Assembly: GCA_964645955.1 (NCBI GenBank)
Contig: CAZYCI010000001.1
Location: 6,688-55,748, forward strand
Direction of reading: 5' to 3'
Source of the DNA: an uncultured Thermotogae bacterium
GTDB taxonomy: Bacteria > Bipolaricaulota > Bipolaricaulia > M55B111
Length of the DNA stretch: 49,061 bases
In this document: positions 45,793-49,061 of the stretch, one piece after another
Layout of the letters: the number at the start of each line of letters is the position of its first letter
Position numbering within the stretch: the first letter of the stretch is position 1
Notes under the pieces: model-generated
What the model was told of the DNA's origin: nothing
The model's database searches: none
What the model saw: only the letters and a program-made list of their open reading frames with translations
Made by a program: the position numbers and the translations under genes

Positions 45793-46423
45793 TTACTCTT
45801 ATTTCTTCGTACCCACTCTTCATTTCGTTAGTTAACAATAAAATCGATAGACCTTTCTGATCGTTTATTCCGGTCATTGTTTTTACGAGATCCTCTTCTT
45901 CCTTTGAGTTTAAGGATGAGAGCATCTCATGGCAAATTAGCAAACTGGGCTCGTTTAAGATCGAAAGCGCGAGCTCCGATTTTGCTCTCGTCAGATCGTC
46001 TCGGTCGCCGGGAAGATTTCTTTCCGCGTCAACGAGCTCCGTAAGCTGGATAACTTCATCCAGCCTCTCGTCCATTTCGGAGAATTCCCCCAGCGTTTCC
46101 AGCTTGAACCTTAAAGTTTCACGTATCGTCTTCCCTTTTGGAAGAGTAAAATTCCTGGGGAGAAAACTTACTTCCTCTCGAAGCATCTTGTTTCTATTTT
46201 TCTCACTGAGCCGGACTACGTTTCTATCGGCAAGAACGACCTGTCCAGAGTCCGGGGAGATTTCACCTGTCAGGACGTGGAAAAGGGCGTCGTACTGCTG
46301 TTCGGACAGACCGGCTAATTGAGCTATTTCACCCCGTTCCAGGTTAAAGCTTAAATTTTCCAGAACAACCTGATCTTCTTCCCCGTAAACCGAAAGTTCT
46401 GCTATCTGTACGATTTTTGACAT
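45758..46423 (-). CDS. FtsE-like ABC nucleotide-binding-domain protein with all catalytic motifs degenerate (predicted pseudo-ATPase)
   Basis: The 221-aa protein is collinear with FtsE from memory. Walker A GxSGAGKST is GLSEQQYDA (38-46). The Q-loop Q is R90. The signature LSGGE is LTRAK (144-148). Walker B hhhhDE is LLICHE (161-166). The H-loop H is N199. Flanking structural blocks are retained (LENLSFNLERGEIAQLAG, ISPDSGQV, NEPSLLI, GLSILLLT). Confidence 0.7.
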   Translation of the reverse strand: MSKIVQIAELSVYGEEDQVVLENLSFNLERGEIAQLAGLSEQQYDALFHVLTGEISPDSGQVVLADRNVVRLSEKNRNKMLREEVSFLPRNFTLPKGKTIRETLRFKLETLGEFSEMDERLDEVIQLTELVDAERNLPGDRDDLTRAKSELALSILNEPSLLICHEMLSSLNSKEEEDLVKTMTGINDQKGLSILLLTNEMKSGYEEIRVIEHELDSRVIG

Positions 46424-46425
46424 CT

Positions 46426-47308
46426 TTACTCACCCTTCTCCCCGTATATAACTCTATCTTTCCCCTGTGTATCTTTCTGCAGGTCTACGCTGGATAGGTC
46501 GTTTGCTCTAGCCATTTCTTTGACTTTTTCTCCCTGTTGGTGGCCGATTTCAAGAAATACTGCACCGTCATCGCTCAGGTACTTCGGTGCATCGGCCAGG
46601 ATTCTTTCCACTTCCCGTAGTCCGTTCTCCCCTCCGTCTAGTGCTTCGATGGGCTCGTGTCCTTTTACCTCTTCTTTCAGATTGGAAATATCGGAGCTCT
46701 TAACGTAAGGTGGGTTAGAGACTATCACGTCGAAGTTACCGCTGACCTCGGAGAACCAATCCGATTGCCTGAATTCTATCCTTTCGTTTAGTTCGTTGTT
46801 CTCTGCATTGGTCCGGGCCAGTTCCAGAGCTTCAGGGCTGCTATCCACGGCCAGGATCTCCGGCTGAACAAGAAATCTCGCGAGAGCTATTGAAATTGCC
46901 CCAGAACCGGTTCCCAGATCCAGGACTTTCAACCCTTCTTGACCCCGGTACTGTGATAGGATTTCTTCGGTCATCTCTTCCGTCTCCGGCCGGGGAATTA
47001 GGGCTCTATCGTCTATTTTCAGTCCAAGCCCCATGAAGGATACCTGACCGGTAAGGTACTGAAGTGGCTGGCCTGATTTTCGCCCCTTGATCAATGGTCG
47101 AAATTCGTCAAGCTCCTTCTCGTCAAGTGGCCTGTCCGGGTTTATGTAAAGGTCCAGCCTGTCAACGTTCAGGGTATGGGCCAGTAGCTGTTCCGCCTCC
47201 AGTCGAGATTTCTCTACGCCCCCCTCTTTGAGGTAGTCCCTGGTCCAGTCTAAGATCTCTTTTACTGTCCAATTTTTTGACAGGATATATCCCTCTTATA
47301 GCTTTCAT
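46426..47308 (-). CDS. prmC: Release-factor glutamine N5-methyltransferase PrmC (HemK), with an apparent frameshift or non-canonical start near the 5' end
   Basis: The catalytic domain has LIPRPETE, VLDLGTGSGAISIALA and NPPYV. The N-terminal helical domain (WTVKEILDWTRDYLKEGGVEKSRLEAEQLLAHTLNVDRLDLY...) is encoded in the same frame upstream of the track's TTG 47094. No ATG, GTG or TTG occurs in that frame before an in-frame TAA at 47296-47298. ATG 47308, with an SD and a promoter, is in the +1 frame. Confidence 0.8.
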
Positions 47309-47331
47309 AAGTGGTTCCTAAAGCGAATTTA

Positions 47332-47360
47332 AGGATATCATAACATTGCAAAAAGGTCAA
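47332..47360 (-). promoter_or_regulatory. Putative sigma70 promoter for prmC-ftsE-like-ftsX-HD (TTGACC-17-TATCCT with TGn extension)
   Basis: The reverse complement reads TTGACC tttttgcaatgttaTGa TATCCT, about 25 nt upstream of ATG 47308. Confidence 0.45.
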
Positions 47361-47486
47361 GTCGACCCTAAACTTTCTTATTGCCTATCCGGTTTTTGGA
47401 TTTGAAGTGAACCTTGACACTTAGTAGTCGGGTGGGAAAGAGGGAAACTTATTTCCCTCCCAATTTTACAAGCGGAGGACGGAAAA

Positions 47487-47990
47487 ATGAAAAGAATCGT
47501 TCTACTTGTTTTGTTCGTAGCTACTCTAGCCCTATTTCTCTCTGGCTGTTCTATGTTTAACCAGGGGCCGGAAATTCAGAACTGGCAACCGGATGTATCT
47601 CCGGATGGAGAATCCATAGTATTTTCCTCGAAGGCCGGGGGTAACTTTCAGTTATTCTTATTGGATCGGGACACGGGGGATAAGACGCAGATCACCGACA
47701 ACGAAAACGACGATTGGGGTGCGGACTGGGGTCCTGAAGGGGAAAGGATTGCCTTCGTTTCACAGAGGAATGACAACACGGATATTTATACTGTTAAACC
47801 CGATGGTTCGGACGAAAGAAGGTTAACTGAGGATTCAGCTCAAGACGTTAACCCGAGATGGAATGGGGCGTCCGAGGTTATATTTAATTCGGATCGCACG
47901 GATGCATGGCAAATATACGTTTTCTCGCTCGAAAATAACGAATTGGAGCAGTTAACCAGATCCTCCGGCGAGGGCAGCGGAAACGATTAG
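47487..47990 (+). CDS. Lipoprotein with PD40/TolB-like beta-propeller repeats
   Basis: It has a signal peptide with a lipobox (LALFLSGC). PD40-type repeats are SPDGESIVFSS..., GPEGERIAFVSQRNDNTDIYTVKPDGSDERRLT and NPRW. SD GGAGGA is present. Confidence 0.75.
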   Translation: MKRIVLLVLFVATLALFLSGCSMFNQGPEIQNWQPDVSPDGESIVFSSKAGGNFQLFLLDRDTGDKTQITDNENDDWGADWGPEGERIAFVSQRNDNTDIYTVKPDGSDERRLTEDSAQDVNPRWNGASEVIFNSDRTDAWQIYVFSLENNELEQLTRSSGEGSGND

Positions 47991-48000
47991 TGATTCTGAG

Positions 48001-48690
48001 ATGTCCACAAATAGGTCCGTTGGAACAGTCATTCTAGCTGCCGGTCGGAGTGAAAGAATGGGGGGTAAGGTCAATAAGGTCTACAGGGATCTGGCTGGTA
48101 GGCCGGTGCTTTGCCACTCCATAAATAGGTTCGTCAGCTCCGGGGTCACGGACGAATTGGTTCTGGTTTATAACGAGATTGACAGTACCTTGCTTAAGGA
48201 TACCGTTATCCCGGAGATAAGAGGCGATGTGGCCCTAGAAACCGTTCAGGGTGGTGAAAAACGCCAGGATTCCTCTCTTGCCGGTTTACGTGGTCTCGGG
48301 ACGGAATACGCCCTGATTCACGACGGAGCCAGGCCCAATTTTAGTAGCGGTCTGGTTGAAGAACTCCTGGAGGCAGCAGCAGAGTACGGAGCTGCTTTTC
48401 CCGGAGTTAAGCCCGTGGATACAATCCGTAAGGACAGGGGAGGATTCGCCGGAGAAACGGTTGACAGGGAAGAGCTAGTCAGAGTGCAGACCCCTCAATG
48501 CTTTAAGAGAGAGCTAGTTCTTGAAGCGCTGGAGGAATTATCGCAAGATGAAAAGTACTACTCCGATGACGCCGGCGCTGTAATGGATTACTGGGATATC
48601 GAGCCAAAAATAATCCAGGGCGAGCGGGAAAACCTTAAGCTGACCACCGATAAGGACATGAAGTACGCGGGATTACTGTTTAATAGTTAA
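48001..48690 (+). CDS. ispD: 2-C-methyl-D-erythritol 4-phosphate cytidylyltransferase
   Basis: 229 aa with VILAAGRSERMGG.VNKVY..L.G.PVL, HDGARP and VQTPQCF. Confidence 0.9.
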   Translation: MSTNRSVGTVILAAGRSERMGGKVNKVYRDLAGRPVLCHSINRFVSSGVTDELVLVYNEIDSTLLKDTVIPEIRGDVALETVQGGEKRQDSSLAGLRGLGTEYALIHDGARPNFSSGLVEELLEAAAEYGAAFPGVKPVDTIRKDRGGFAGETVDREELVRVQTPQCFKRELVLEALEELSQDEKYYSDDAGAVMDYWDIEPKIIQGERENLKLTTDKDMKYAGLLFNS

Positions 48691-48767
48691 TTTGAGAGTT
48701 GGGCCGAAGCTATTAAAATAGAAGCGTTTGCGATTGACCTGATCAGTTTATAATATTAGGAGGTAAA

Positions 48768-48992
48768 ATGATAGCCTTAATAGTGCGGTTAATATTCTAC
48801 CTAAGTTCTGCCGGACTCATCGGAATTGTTTTGGTTCAGATGAGTGAACACGCCGGATTGGGCGGTGCGTTTGGTGCCGGGGGCTCCAGTACCGTATTCG
48901 GAAGGGAAGAGCAGACCGACCCTAAGCGGACTGCCACGTCCGTGCTGGCAGCTGTTTTTATGATTTCAAGCTTGTTATTGTCAATAATCTAG
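48768..48992 (+). CDS. secG: Preprotein translocase subunit SecG
   Basis: 74 aa with two TM helices flanking a Gly-rich loop (GLGGAFGAGGSSTVFG). SD AGGAGG is present. Confidence 0.85.
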   Translation: MIALIVRLIFYLSSAGLIGIVLVQMSEHAGLGGAFGAGGSSTVFGREEQTDPKRTATSVLAAVFMISSLLLSII

Positions 48993-49018
48993 TTTAAATA
49001 CATTTCTCTGGAGGATTT

Positions 49019-49061
49019 ATGCCTTTAATAGAGCTTAACGACCTCAAGACCTACTTCTACA
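49019..49061 (+). CDS. Start of an ABC transporter ATP-binding protein (peptide/nickel Opp/Dpp-D-like), 3'-truncated by the window edge
   Basis: ATG follows GGAGGA. MPLIELNDLKTYFY resembles the usual N-terminus of OppD/DppD-type ATPases. Only 14 codons are visible. Confidence 0.3.
   Translation, partial: MPLIELNDLKTYFY

Noticed and set aside
47414-47459. A TTGACA hexamer (47414-47419) and a perfect 8-bp hairpin GAGGGAAA-ctta-TTTCCCTC (47440-47459) upstream of the PD40 lipoprotein gene.
   Set aside because: No acceptable -10 lies 16-18 nt downstream of the TTGACA. The hairpin is followed by CCAATTTT rather than a clean U-tract. It could be a 5'-UTR structure or a weak terminator, but the evidence is insufficient to call a feature.
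1-49061. A scan for CRISPR repeats, IS/transposase or integrase genes, prophage or defence genes, rRNA genes, and long direct or inverted repeats.
   Set aside because: I found none. All intergenic regions are short (405 nt or less) and are explained by promoters, SDs, two tRNAs or one terminator. The only tandem repeats are trivial, such as GATTCG x2 at about 20783 and the TTGTT/GGTA units already reported.

Overview
This window is a dense, almost entirely housekeeping segment of a bacterial chromosome. I found no transposase or integrase, no CRISPR array, no defence or toxin island and no long repeats. I do not see a convincing novel multi-gene system here.

Gene content:
- Left part (1-21 kb): envelope, lipid, isoprenoid, nucleotide and translation-factor genes. 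These are a DUF2233-like gene, murJ, a Cys-rich ORF, dxr, ftsH, tRNA-Gln/tRNA-Glu, a MEMO-like gene, yicC, gmk, acpS, plsY, rpsA, plsC, cmk, ispE, era, deoC, recO, hpf, a PP-loop-like ORF, pcrA/uvrD and an FmdB zinc-ribbon gene.
- Middle (21.5-44.2 kb): a very large rpoC (1657 aa), then a contiguous str-S10-spc-alpha ribosomal superoperon running rpsL-rpsG-fusA-rpsJ...rplQ. It includes secY, adk, map, infA and a 37-aa rpmJ that is missing from the ORF track.
- Right part: a convergent minus-strand operon of prmC, an ftsE-like gene, ftsX and an HD hydrolase, followed by a PD40 lipoprotein, ispD, secG and the first codons of an ABC ATPase.
- Several intergenic regions carry near-consensus sigma70 promoters (TTGACA-17-TATAAT type).

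Observations most worth a second look:
1. The FtsE-like ABC protein next to ftsX has lost every catalytic ATPase motif.
2. rpoC is unlinked from rpoB and carries several large lineage-specific insertions with repeated hybrid-barrel-like turns.
3. The ribosomal operon lacks tuf and rpmD (L30), and it encodes an S11 without the conserved basic C-terminal tail.
4. prmC has no canonical in-frame start unless a frameshift at an A6 run is corrected.
5. A PP-loop-family protein has a degenerate SGGxDS motif.
6. A strong orphan promoter sits in front of a roughly 200-nt untranslated leader.

Proteins are conspicuously Glu/Asp-rich with acidic tails. This hints at a halophilic and/or thermophilic, probably uncultured deep-branching lineage. 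I cannot assign taxonomy from the sequence alone.
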